The translations under genes and the position numbers were made by a program. From the NCBI GenBank assembly GCA_041690395.1, contig JAWLHJ010000006.1, positions 198,530 through 262,529 on the forward strand: a stretch of DNA of 64,000 bases, in the 5' to 3' direction. The notes beneath the pieces are model-generated. The model was given only the letters and a program-made list of their open reading frames with translations. It searched no databases and was not told the origin of the DNA. Source of the DNA: Longimicrobiales bacterium (GTDB taxonomy: Bacteria; Gemmatimonadota; Gemmatimonadetes; Longimicrobiales; Gaopeijiaceae). Positions within the stretch are counted from its first letter, which is position 1, and each line of letters opens with the position of its first letter. Shown one piece after another: positions 49,135 through 57,801 of this stretch.

Positions 49135-50208
49135 CTACTCCTGCGCCGCCCGCTTCCTCAGGCCGAACGAAGCCAGGAACCCGTCCAGCGTGCGCTGGAA
49201 GTCTTCTCTGGCCGGGTCGTTACCGCCCGGACGCGCGAACGCCTCCACGACGAACGCCAGCACCGTCCCGCCCATCCCCCCCAGTACGAGGCCCAGCGCG
49301 AGGAAGAGCTTCAGCCGGCGCTCGTCGGGCCCCGGCGGCATGAACGGAGGCTGTAGCACGGTGATGACCGGCGTGTCCCGGACTTCGGCGATGCGCGCCT
49401 GCTCGAACGACTGCACGAGCGTGGTGAACACCTGCTGGCGGAGCGAGACGTTCCGTTGGAGTCGCTCGTACTGGAACGTCAGCTCGGGCGAGCTCTCGAA
49501 CTGACGGTTGGCCTGCAGGAAGCTCTGCAGTTCGTTCTCCGCGACCTCGAGGTCGGCCCGCGCGGTCTCGACGCGTTCCTCGATGAAGCTCCGCTCGGAC
49601 GCAGCCTGGGACTGGCGTGTCTCGAGGTTGAAGCGGCTGATCTCGGCCAGGAGTCGCTCGGAGATCTGCAGCGAGAGCTCCGGCCAATCCGTCGTGACCT
49701 CGACCGTGACGATTCCGGTCTCCCGCCCGGTCGAGACCGACACGGCGGACTCCCTCAGCCACTCGATGACCCGCTTCAAGCGGAGGTCCTCGGTGTCCTC
49801 CTCGATCTCGAGCAGATCGGCGAGCCGAACGGTGGCGCCGTCCACCTGGAGGTCGGTCTCGGCCACGCTGAGCAGGATCTCGCGCGAGGTGAGAAGCTCG
49901 GCGTAGAACGCCGGGCTGAGGGCGTCCCCGCCGCCGACGCTGACGCCGAACTGGCTCGCCAGGGCCATGAGCTGGGACTGCGATGCCTCGGACCCCTGGG
50001 GCTGGAAGGAGGACGCCGTGGTGAACTCGGGGTCGCGCGTGAGCGCGAACACGACGGCCAGTGCCCCCACCGCCACCGTGGACAGAACGATGACGCGGCG
50101 CCGGCGAAGGAGCACGGCGAGCACTTCCCAGAGCGAGATCTCGTCGTCGGGAACGCCCGCGGACGGGGTCCGCGTCGTCGGCGTTACCGGCGTGTGATCG
50201 CTCGTCAT
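49135..50208 (-). CDS. Wzz/GNVR polysaccharide chain-length determinant
   Basis: DEISLWEVL..L.RRR + TM, coiled coil, VLQPP..P..P + TM; GGAGGAG RBS. Confidence 0.88.
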   Translation of the reverse strand: MTSDHTPVTPTTRTPSAGVPDDEISLWEVLAVLLRRRRVIVLSTVAVGALAVVFALTRDPEFTTASSFQPQGSEASQSQLMALASQFGVSVGGGDALSPAFYAELLTSREILLSVAETDLQVDGATVRLADLLEIEEDTEDLRLKRVIEWLRESAVSVSTGRETGIVTVEVTTDWPELSLQISERLLAEISRFNLETRQSQAASERSFIEERVETARADLEVAENELQSFLQANRQFESSPELTFQYERLQRNVSLRQQVFTTLVQSFEQARIAEVRDTPVITVLQPPFMPPGPDERRLKLFLALGLVLGGMGGTVLAFVVEAFARPGGNDPAREDFQRTLDGFLASFGLRKRAAQE

Positions 50209-50465
50209 GTCGGCTCCTCCAGGGCCTCCGCTCCTCCCACACGGCGGGGCCGGACGACCCCTCCGTGGCTCGGGAGGGAGTATCGCCCCGGCCCCGCACG
50301 CCAGCAACCCGTTTCCCGCCTCCGGGCCGGTCGGCGGCGAGCCGCGTCCCACGGGCGGCGGAAACCTCCCCGACTGGACTGGGTAGATCCGGTCGCCTCC
50401 TCCCCAAACAGATCCGGAGGCGCGACCGAGCCAGAGAGCCGTCCTTCCGACAGCAGGTTACGAAC

Positions 50466-51770
50466 ATGCGTCACCCATCCCTCCTCCCGATCGCCGCGCC
50501 GGCTCTTCTCGTAGCCGCGCTCGCGCTTCCCGTCACGGCCCAGGACGTGGAGCCCGAGTACGTCGCCGAAGCCGAGATGCTCTGGAACGATCCCGGTCTG
50601 ACCGAGGCGCTCCGCATCGCCGAGGAGATCGACGACTGGTCGCTCGACCTCCTGATCGAGATCACCGAGATCCCGGCTCCGCCGTTCATGGAGGAAGCGC
50701 GGGGACGGCGCTTCGGGGAGCTGCTCGCCGAGCTCGGTGCGGACTCGGTGTGGACCGACGCCGAAGGGAACGTGATCGGGCTGCGCGAAGGACGGACCGG
50801 CGAGCGCCGCGTAGCGATCGGCGGACACCTGGACACCGTGTTCCCCGAGGGCACCGACGTTTCCGTGCGACAGGTGGGCGACACGCTGTTCGCGCCGGGT
50901 GTGGGCGACGACTCCCGTGGGCTCGTGGTCGTCCTCTCCGTCCTGCGCGCGCTCGAGGAGGCCGGGATCGAGACCGACGACGACCTGCTCTTCGTGGGCG
51001 TGGTGGGCGAGGAGGGACTCGGCGACCTGCGCGGCATGAAGCACATCTACAGCGAGGAAGGCGACCGGCCCGACGTGTGGATCGAGGTCGACGGCGGGGG
51101 ACTCGCCGGCATCGTCAGCATGGGGCTGGGGTCCGTGCGGTACCGGCCCACGTTCCACGGCCCGGGGGGCCACTCCTGGGGCGCGTTCGGACTCGCGAAC
51201 CCGGCCCACGCGCTCGCCCGGGGCATCCGGTATTTCCAGGACGCGGCCGACACGCTGACACGCTCCGGGCCGCGCACCAGCTACAACATCGGTCGGCTGG
51301 GCGGCGGAACCTCGGTGAACTCGATCCCCTTCGAGGCGTGGGCGGAGATCGACATGCGCTCCATCAGTCCGGCGAGCCTTCCCGTCATGGAGAACGCGCT
51401 CATCGAGGCCATGAACCGGGCCCTCGAGGAAGAGAACGCGCTGCGCCGTGACGGCGACCCGCTCGAGCTCGACCTCGCCAAGATCGGTGACCGTCCCTCG
51501 GGCGAGATGGATCCGGCCACCCCGCTCGTGCAGCGCTCGCTGGCCATCACGCGCCTGTTCGACGTCGAGCCGAGCCTCGGCCGCTCGTCGACCGACTCGA
51601 ACGTTCCCATCGCGCTCGGTTACCCGGCCGTGACCATCGGGCGGGGCGGCATCGGGGCCAACGGTCACGCGCCGGACGAGTACTGGATCAACCGGGACGC
51701 GTATCTGGCCGTGCAGCGCGCCCTGCTGCTCACCGTGGCCGAAGCCGGCCTCGGCACGCCGGTCTCCTGA
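50466..51770 (+). CDS. M20/M25/M40 metallo-hydrolase, exported
   Basis: HLDTVFP, GDD, GEEGLG, GGHSW, H..DE; signal peptide. Confidence 0.9.
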   Translation: MRHPSLLPIAAPALLVAALALPVTAQDVEPEYVAEAEMLWNDPGLTEALRIAEEIDDWSLDLLIEITEIPAPPFMEEARGRRFGELLAELGADSVWTDAEGNVIGLREGRTGERRVAIGGHLDTVFPEGTDVSVRQVGDTLFAPGVGDDSRGLVVVLSVLRALEEAGIETDDDLLFVGVVGEEGLGDLRGMKHIYSEEGDRPDVWIEVDGGGLAGIVSMGLGSVRYRPTFHGPGGHSWGAFGLANPAHALARGIRYFQDAADTLTRSGPRTSYNIGRLGGGTSVNSIPFEAWAEIDMRSISPASLPVMENALIEAMNRALEEENALRRDGDPLELDLAKIGDRPSGEMDPATPLVQRSLAITRLFDVEPSLGRSSTDSNVPIALGYPAVTIGRGGIGANGHAPDEYWINRDAYLAVQRALLLTVAEAGLGTPVS

Positions 51771-51810
51771 CGTCCTGAAGGGAGTCGAGGCCTCTCGCGG
51801 CGACGCGACG

Positions 51811-54180
51811 TCAGAACGGAACGAAGACCGGCGTCACGAGCACCGTAAGCAGGAGGACGAGCACCGTCATGGGGATGCCCAGACGGAGGTAGTCGCTCAT
51901 GCGATACCCGGCGGGCGCCATGACCAGCGCGTGGGCGGGCTGTGACACGGGCGAGGCGAGCGACGTGGCCGCGATGGCCACGGCCATGACGAGGGGGTAG
52001 GGCGATACACCCAGGTGCCCCGCGGCGTTGATCGCCACGGGGGCCATGAGGACCACGACCGCAGAACCCGGGAGGATCTGCCCGCCCACGGCGGTGACCA
52101 TGACGAATACAGCGAGCACGAGGTGCGCGCTGAGTGAGCCGGTCCATTCGATCATGAAGGAGCCGAGCAGCGCCACGGCGCCGGTCTGGTCGAGCGCGGC
52201 CCCGAGCGACAGCATGCCCGCCACCAGGACGAGCGTGGGCCAGTCCACCGCCTTGTAGGCTTCGTCGGGCGTCAAGCACCGACCGAGCACCATGAGCAGC
52301 GCCCCGATGATCACTCCGACGGCGATGGGCACCCACCCGAGCAGGACCGGCGCGAGGGCGACCACCGTGATCGCGATGGACCGCGCGGCCAGCTTCACGT
52401 TCGACGCCTCCTCGTCCGGGGCCTGGAGGAGGATGAGATCGGGCTCCCGGGCCAGATCGCGGAGCCGGCGCCTGGGCCCGTAGAGGAGCAGCGCGTCGCC
52501 GAACCGGAGCGCCTCGTCGCGCAGGTTCGCCTCCACGGCGCCGCCCTCCCGGACGATCGCGACCACGTGCATGCCGAAGCGACCCTGGAAGCCGACCTGG
52601 CGGAGGGTGCGACCGATCAGCTCGCTCCGGGGTGCGAGCACCGCCTCGGCGAAGCCCACGGCGTCGCCCTCCAGCAGCTCGGGATCCACGGGGGTGTCCA
52701 GGTCGATCACGAGGCGCTGGAGCGCGCGAAGGACGACCATGTCCGCGCGGCTCGCCTTGACCAGGATCTCGTCACCGGGGGCGAACACCGTGTCGGGGTC
52801 CGGCAGGGAGCGGACCGAGACGACCCCGTCCTCCGCGCGGCGAGCGACGGCCAGAACCATGAAGCCGACCGCGTCGCCGAGCCGGGAGTCCCTCAGGCTC
52901 CGACCGACCAGAGCCGAGTCCGGAGTGACCCGGAGCGACCAGAGGCGGTCCCGCAGGTCGAACGCATCGACCGCTGCGGCAGCATCCATTACCTGGATGT
53001 CCTCGAGGTCCTCACCCGGATCGAGCGCGTCCAACGCCTCTCCCGACCCCTGCAGCAGGAGCTCGTCCCCGGCGCGGAGGGGCGTATCGAGGAAGCGCGT
53101 GCGCCTGCGGAATTCCGAGCTCCTTCGGAGCGCCAGGATCAGGACGCCGTCGCGTGCGTGGAGATCCGACTCGGCCGGACTCTTCCCGACCAGGCGCGAG
53201 CCCGCGGGAACCCGGGCCCGAGCCACCCGTACTTCGCCCGCCTGGAGCCAGTCGAGCGTGGGCGCGTCCGACACGGCGACCAGGTGCCGGCGGCCACGCA
53301 ACTCGAGGAAGTGGTCCGGGCTTCCCTGCACGAGAATCCTGTCGCCGCCTCGCAGCACCGCGTCCGGCCCCGGCGCGCGGCGGGTGCGGCCGTCGCGCTG
53401 GACGGCCAGCACGTGCATCCCCAGCGCGGAGTCGATGAGGCTCTCGGCCAGGGTGCGTCCGTCGAGGAGCGAGCGAGCGGGTACCTCCAGAAAGAAGAGC
53501 CTCGAGCGCAGATCGACGTCCTTACGCACGCCCGAGCGGTCGACTTCCTTGTCCTTTCCCTCCGGCGTGCGGCTCGGGAGCAGGCGCGGCCCGGCGACGG
53601 CGATGAGGGTCGCGCCGGCCCCCAGAAGGACGATCCCCACGGGGGTGTATGCGAAGAGCCCGAACGGTTCGAGGCCGGCGTCCCCCAGAGCGGTCGCCGC
53701 GAGCAGGTTGGGAGCCGTCCCGATGAGCGTCGTGAAGCCGCCGAGCTGGGCCCCGAGCGCCATCGGGATGAGTAGCTTCGATGGCGCGATCCGTGTCCGC
53801 TGGGCGATCCCGAGCGTGACCGGCAGCATCATAGCCGCGACGCCCACGTTGTTCATCACCCCCGAAAGGACACCGGACACGAGCGTCACCCCGATTACGA
53901 TGCGACCCTCGTGTGCCCCCGCCCACCGGAGCACGTATGAGCCCACCAGTCCGGCGACGCCCGTCCGCGAGAGCCCGGCAGAGACGACGAACATGCCCGC
54001 CACCGCGATCACCGCGGGGCTCGCGAAGCCGGCGAGCGCACGCTCGGGGGTGACGAGTCCGAGGAGCGAGACCGCCGCGAGGACGCTGAGCGCGACCAGG
54101 TCCATGCGGACCCGGCGCGTGGCGAGTACGCCGACGGCGCCGACGAGCACGCCCAGGACGAGGATGATGTCGGTGTGCAT
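51811..54180 (-). CDS. SLC13/CitMHS-type permease with four TrkA-C domains
   Basis: MNNVG, TLIGT.PNL, SPVSQ, GY...DY.RLG; four P.S.L.G.(S/T)...GD.(I/L)L repeats. Confidence 0.9.
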   Translation of the reverse strand: MHTDIILVLGVLVGAVGVLATRRVRMDLVALSVLAAVSLLGLVTPERALAGFASPAVIAVAGMFVVSAGLSRTGVAGLVGSYVLRWAGAHEGRIVIGVTLVSGVLSGVMNNVGVAAMMLPVTLGIAQRTRIAPSKLLIPMALGAQLGGFTTLIGTAPNLLAATALGDAGLEPFGLFAYTPVGIVLLGAGATLIAVAGPRLLPSRTPEGKDKEVDRSGVRKDVDLRSRLFFLEVPARSLLDGRTLAESLIDSALGMHVLAVQRDGRTRRAPGPDAVLRGGDRILVQGSPDHFLELRGRRHLVAVSDAPTLDWLQAGEVRVARARVPAGSRLVGKSPAESDLHARDGVLILALRRSSEFRRRTRFLDTPLRAGDELLLQGSGEALDALDPGEDLEDIQVMDAAAAVDAFDLRDRLWSLRVTPDSALVGRSLRDSRLGDAVGFMVLAVARRAEDGVVSVRSLPDPDTVFAPGDEILVKASRADMVVLRALQRLVIDLDTPVDPELLEGDAVGFAEAVLAPRSELIGRTLRQVGFQGRFGMHVVAIVREGGAVEANLRDEALRFGDALLLYGPRRRLRDLAREPDLILLQAPDEEASNVKLAARSIAITVVALAPVLLGWVPIAVGVIIGALLMVLGRCLTPDEAYKAVDWPTLVLVAGMLSLGAALDQTGAVALLGSFMIEWTGSLSAHLVLAVFVMVTAVGGQILPGSAVVVLMAPVAINAAGHLGVSPYPLVMAVAIAATSLASPVSQPAHALVMAPAGYRMSDYLRLGIPMTVLVLLLTVLVTPVFVPF

Positions 54181-54330
54181 GAGGGATGGACATTAGAGCC
54201 GCATTCCGTGTACGAGAAGACGTCCATGGCGCCGAGTTCTCTCGGACCCTATGGTGAAGGCATCGGCCACACGCGTTGCGCACGGTCCCGGGCACGGAGC
54301 GCCCGTGAGCGGGGGCCGAACGGAGAGACC

Positions 54331-55185
54331 ATGAAGTTGTGCACCCGTATCTCGGTCGCCGTCACGGCGGCGTTGCTGGGGCCGGTCACGGCCTCCGGTC
54401 AGGGTGCGCCCCAGGACACCGTGCGGGCCGACGAGGAAGCCGTTCGGGTTCGGGGATTGGTGACCGACATCACGACACAGCGGCCCCTTGAGTTCGTCGA
54501 GATCGAGGTCTTCGACTTCGAGGACGAGCCCCGCCTCGCCTGGGAGGGCGTGTCCGACTCCATCGGCGCCTTCACCGGACCTCGCCTCCGCCCGTCGCTC
54601 TACCAGGTGCGTGCGGTCGCGTTGGGTTACCAGACCCTCACGCACATGGTGGCACTGTCCGGCTACGGCATCGCGGACCTCCGGATCGAGATGAGCCCCG
54701 AAGCGTTGGAGCTCGAGCCGCTGGTGGTCGTGACGCGCCAGCGCTCCCGGCTGGAGACGTCGGGCTTCTACGAGCGCCGGCAACGCGGCTTCGGGCACAG
54801 CCTCGACCGCGCCGACATCGAAGCGCGCCGCCCGACGTACGTGACCGACCTCGTTCGTATGATGCCCGGTGTCTCCGTCTCTCCGGGGCTCATGGGCGGC
54901 GGCGGAATCCTGAGAATGCGCGGGGGCTGCATACCGGAGGTGATCATGGACGGCGTGCGTATGGTCCAACCCGTGCGTCTCGACGACGTCCTGCAGGTAT
55001 CCGACCTCGAGGGGCTGGAGGTATACGGCCCCGGCACGAGCCCACTGGAGTACTCCCACTCCAACTGCGGCACGGTGCTCGCCTGGACGCGTGATCCGGG
55101 CTCGGCCGACGGTCGGCCGTGGAGCTGGAAGCGGGCGGGAGCCGCCGCCGGGTTCATTCTGCTCGGGTTCTTCCTGACGCGTTGA
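54331..55185 (+). CDS. Carboxypeptidase-regulatory-like domain + TonB plug-like domain protein without beta-barrel
   Basis: Signal peptide, VRG.V.D, ALGY, LEPLVV, GFYERR..GFG, DLVR.MPGV, EGLEVY, CG.V..WTR, hydrophobic C-terminus. Confidence 0.8.
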   Translation: MKLCTRISVAVTAALLGPVTASGQGAPQDTVRADEEAVRVRGLVTDITTQRPLEFVEIEVFDFEDEPRLAWEGVSDSIGAFTGPRLRPSLYQVRAVALGYQTLTHMVALSGYGIADLRIEMSPEALELEPLVVVTRQRSRLETSGFYERRQRGFGHSLDRADIEARRPTYVTDLVRMMPGVSVSPGLMGGGGILRMRGGCIPEVIMDGVRMVQPVRLDDVLQVSDLEGLEVYGPGTSPLEYSHSNCGTVLAWTRDPGSADGRPWSWKRAGAAAGFILLGFFLTR

Positions 55186-55276
55186 CGGGCGCGCTCGGCC
55201 GCCGCAGGATGGTCGTTCCGACGTCGGGGCTCGACCCGCTCCACCCGGTTACTCTCCCGTCCCTCCTGGAGTCCCC

Positions 55277-55579
55277 ATGAAGCACTGGATGCTCTTCTAC
55301 CAGACCGTTCCGGACCATGCCGAACGACGGACGGCCCATCGCGCGCTGCACCTCCAGAAGGCATGGGAGGCCCATGAGCGCGGCGAGCTCGTGCTCGGCG
55401 GGGCCCTCACCGAGGGTGATGCCGGGGCCGCGCTCCTCTTCCAGGGCGACTCGCCGGAGGTGGCCGAGAAGTTCGCGCGGGCCGACCCCTACGTGACCGA
55501 GGGACTGATCACCCGCTGGTGGGTGAGCGAGTGGATCACCGTCGTCGGCGACGGAGCCAAGAGCCCCGTGCGGCCCTGA
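55277..55579 (+). CDS. YciI-like protein
   Basis: R..HRA.HL, GGAL, F...DPYV..GL. Confidence 0.9.
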   Translation: MKHWMLFYQTVPDHAERRTAHRALHLQKAWEAHERGELVLGGALTEGDAGAALLFQGDSPEVAEKFARADPYVTEGLITRWWVSEWITVVGDGAKSPVRP

Positions 55580-55640
55580 CGGGAGCGCTCGGCACCACCG
55601 GAGCGCCGCCCGCGTCCGACCGGGTGGGGCGCCCGGCTCG

Positions 55641-56615
55641 TCAGTCGTTCAACACCCAGGCACAGATCAGGGGCGCGACGATCGCGGCGTCCGAGTTGAT
55701 CTCGTACCGCGGCGTATCCGCCTCGAGCTTCCCCCAGGTGATCTTCTCGTTCGCCGGGGCGCCCGAGTATCCCCCGTACGAAGGCTGGGCGTCGGTGATC
55801 TGACAGAAGTAGCCCCAGAAGGGGACGTCACGCTGCAGGTCCTGGATGATGCAGGGCACGGAGCAGATGGCGAAGTCCCCCGCGATCCCGCCGCCGATCT
55901 GGAAGAATCCGACCGAGGGGTGCTCCCCGGCACCGTGGTTCTTCTCGTACCACTCGATGAGCATCTGGAACTGCTCGGTGCCCGACTTGACGCACTGATG
56001 GTGGGCGACGTTCCCGAGCATGACGTTGGCGGCGAAGATGTTGCCGGTGGTCGAGTCCTCCCAGCCGGGCGCGAAGACGGGGATACCGGCTTCTTTCGCC
56101 GCCAGAAGCCAGGAGTTCTTCGGGTCGATCTGGTAGTGCTGCTCGAGCGTGGGATCGTCGAGCACCTCGAAGAGGAACTCGGCCGGCGTCTTCCGCGCGC
56201 CCGAATCGGCGGCTCGGCTCCAGCACCCGACCAGGCGCTTCTCGATGTGCCGCATGACCGTCTCGGGGATGCACGTGTCGGTCACCCGGTTCATGCCGCG
56301 GTCGTAGAGCGCCTGCTCCTCCGCGGCGGACAGCTCACGCCAGGACGGGATGATCTCGTACTCGTCGTGGGCGACGAGGTTGAAGAGATCCTCCTCCAGA
56401 TTGGCGCCCGTGCAGGAGATCGCATGGACCTTCCCCTCGCGGATCATGCGCGCGAGGATGATCCCGAACTCCCCGGTGGACATCGCGCCCGCCATGGCGA
56501 CGAGCATCTTGCCACCTTCCTCGAGGTGCTTCTCGTACCCCTTGGCGGCGTCGACGACCTCGCGCGCGTTGAAGTGGAGGTAATGACGCTCCATGAAGCT
56601 CCGGACGTGACCCAC
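55641..56615 (-). CDS. Deoxyhypusine synthase-like protein
   Basis: TGANLEED, NRVTD, DS..G, IGGG, GGYSGA..NEKITWGK, SDA.IV.P. Confidence 0.9.
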   Translation of the reverse strand: MGHVRSFMERHYLHFNAREVVDAAKGYEKHLEEGGKMLVAMAGAMSTGEFGIILARMIREGKVHAISCTGANLEEDLFNLVAHDEYEIIPSWRELSAAEEQALYDRGMNRVTDTCIPETVMRHIEKRLVGCWSRAADSGARKTPAEFLFEVLDDPTLEQHYQIDPKNSWLLAAKEAGIPVFAPGWEDSTTGNIFAANVMLGNVAHHQCVKSGTEQFQMLIEWYEKNHGAGEHPSVGFFQIGGGIAGDFAICSVPCIIQDLQRDVPFWGYFCQITDAQPSYGGYSGAPANEKITWGKLEADTPRYEINSDAAIVAPLICAWVLND

Positions 56616-56659
56616 GCTGTATCTCCAGTCTGACGCTGATTGGCCTGAGACCGAAGTTT

Positions 56660-56985
56660 AACAGGTCGCTGAAGAAGGGGAGCACCCCGCGCGCATGGGG
56701 CTTTCGCTGGTCAGGCAAGGAACGACGACGAGCCATAGCAGCGCTACGGCGAGCGAGGAGTGACGCAGCATCACCAGCGAAACCCCCATGCGCCCACCAA
56801 CCTGAACGATATGCTCCTGCATGCTGAAGGGTTGGGGCGGCACGGCCCCGTTCCGGTCGTTGGAGCTCCTCCGCGTAGCTACGGCTATGCGGCCGTCGCT
56901 CCGCCTACGGCTCGGGGCCGTGGCGCTCCCGGGGCACCCGTGCGCAGCACGGGTCCGGGGTACTCCCCTTCTTCAGCGACCTGTT
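56660..56985. mobile_element. MITE-like non-autonomous element, copy 2
   Basis: 29-bp TIR AACAGGTCGCTGAAGAAGGGGAG(C/T)ACCCC at 56660-56688 and 56957-56985 (one mismatch); two internal hairpins in opposite orientation. Confidence 0.8.
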
Positions 56986-57024
56986 GAGGTCCGGACAGCG
57001 AAGGCGAAGTGTTATCATCCGCTC

Positions 57025-57801
57025 ATGATCTCTCCGACCCCACTCGACCACTCGATCGTGCTGGCCGTCGACGGCCACATCGCACGGATCACGCTCAACC
57101 GACCGGACCGCCACAACGCCCTCGAGGCGGAGGACATCGAGCTCTTCCGCTCGTGTCTGGCCACCGTCGAGGCGGACCCCGACGTCCGCGTGCTCGTGGT
57201 GACCGGGAGCGGGTCCGAGACCTTCTGCGCCGGCGCCTCCCTGAAGCAGCTCAACACCGGGAAGATGAGCGGCGCCGTCTTCGAGACGCTGACGGACGAC
57301 CTCGCCTCGCTGCGGGTTCCGACGGTCTGCGCCATCAACGGCGGCGTATACGGCGGCGGCGCGGAGATCGCGCTCTGCTGCGACTTCCGGATCGGCGTGA
57401 CGACCACCCGACTCTCGGTGCCCGCCGCCCGTCTGGGCATCTGCTACCCGCTGGGCGGCATGAAGCGGTACGTCGCGCGCCTCGGACTGGACACGGCGCT
57501 CAGGGTGCTCGTGGCCAACGAGGAGATGAGTGCGGTCGAGCTGCTCGGCAACGGATTTCTCCACCGGATGGTCGAGCCGGAGCGGCTGGAATCCGAGGCC
57601 ACGGCGCTCGCCGAGCGGCTCGCGGGCATGGCCCCTCTGGCGGTTCAAGGCATGAAGCGGATCCTCTGCGACATCGCCGACGGCACCCTCGACGAGGCCG
57701 CCGGACGAGAGATCGTCGACGTCTGCGCCGCCTCGGACGACCTCCGCGAGGGGCTGCGCGCGCAACGCGCCGGAGAGGAGCCGCACTTCCAGGGACGATG
57801 A
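57025..57801 (+). CDS. Enoyl-CoA hydratase/isomerase family
   Basis: LNRP..HNAL, FCAGA, GGGAEIALCCDFR; the second catalytic Glu position reads PAARLG. Confidence 0.9.
   Translation: MISPTPLDHSIVLAVDGHIARITLNRPDRHNALEAEDIELFRSCLATVEADPDVRVLVVTGSGSETFCAGASLKQLNTGKMSGAVFETLTDDLASLRVPTVCAINGGVYGGGAEIALCCDFRIGVTTTRLSVPAARLGICYPLGGMKRYVARLGLDTALRVLVANEEMSAVELLGNGFLHRMVEPERLESEATALAERLAGMAPLAVQGMKRILCDIADGTLDEAAGREIVDVCAASDDLREGLRAQRAGEEPHFQGR

Noticed and set aside
56658..56987. Short ORFs (61 and 75 aa) inside the second TIR element, and those in 25178-25509
   Set aside because: No transposase motifs; they are by-products of the repeat sequence.
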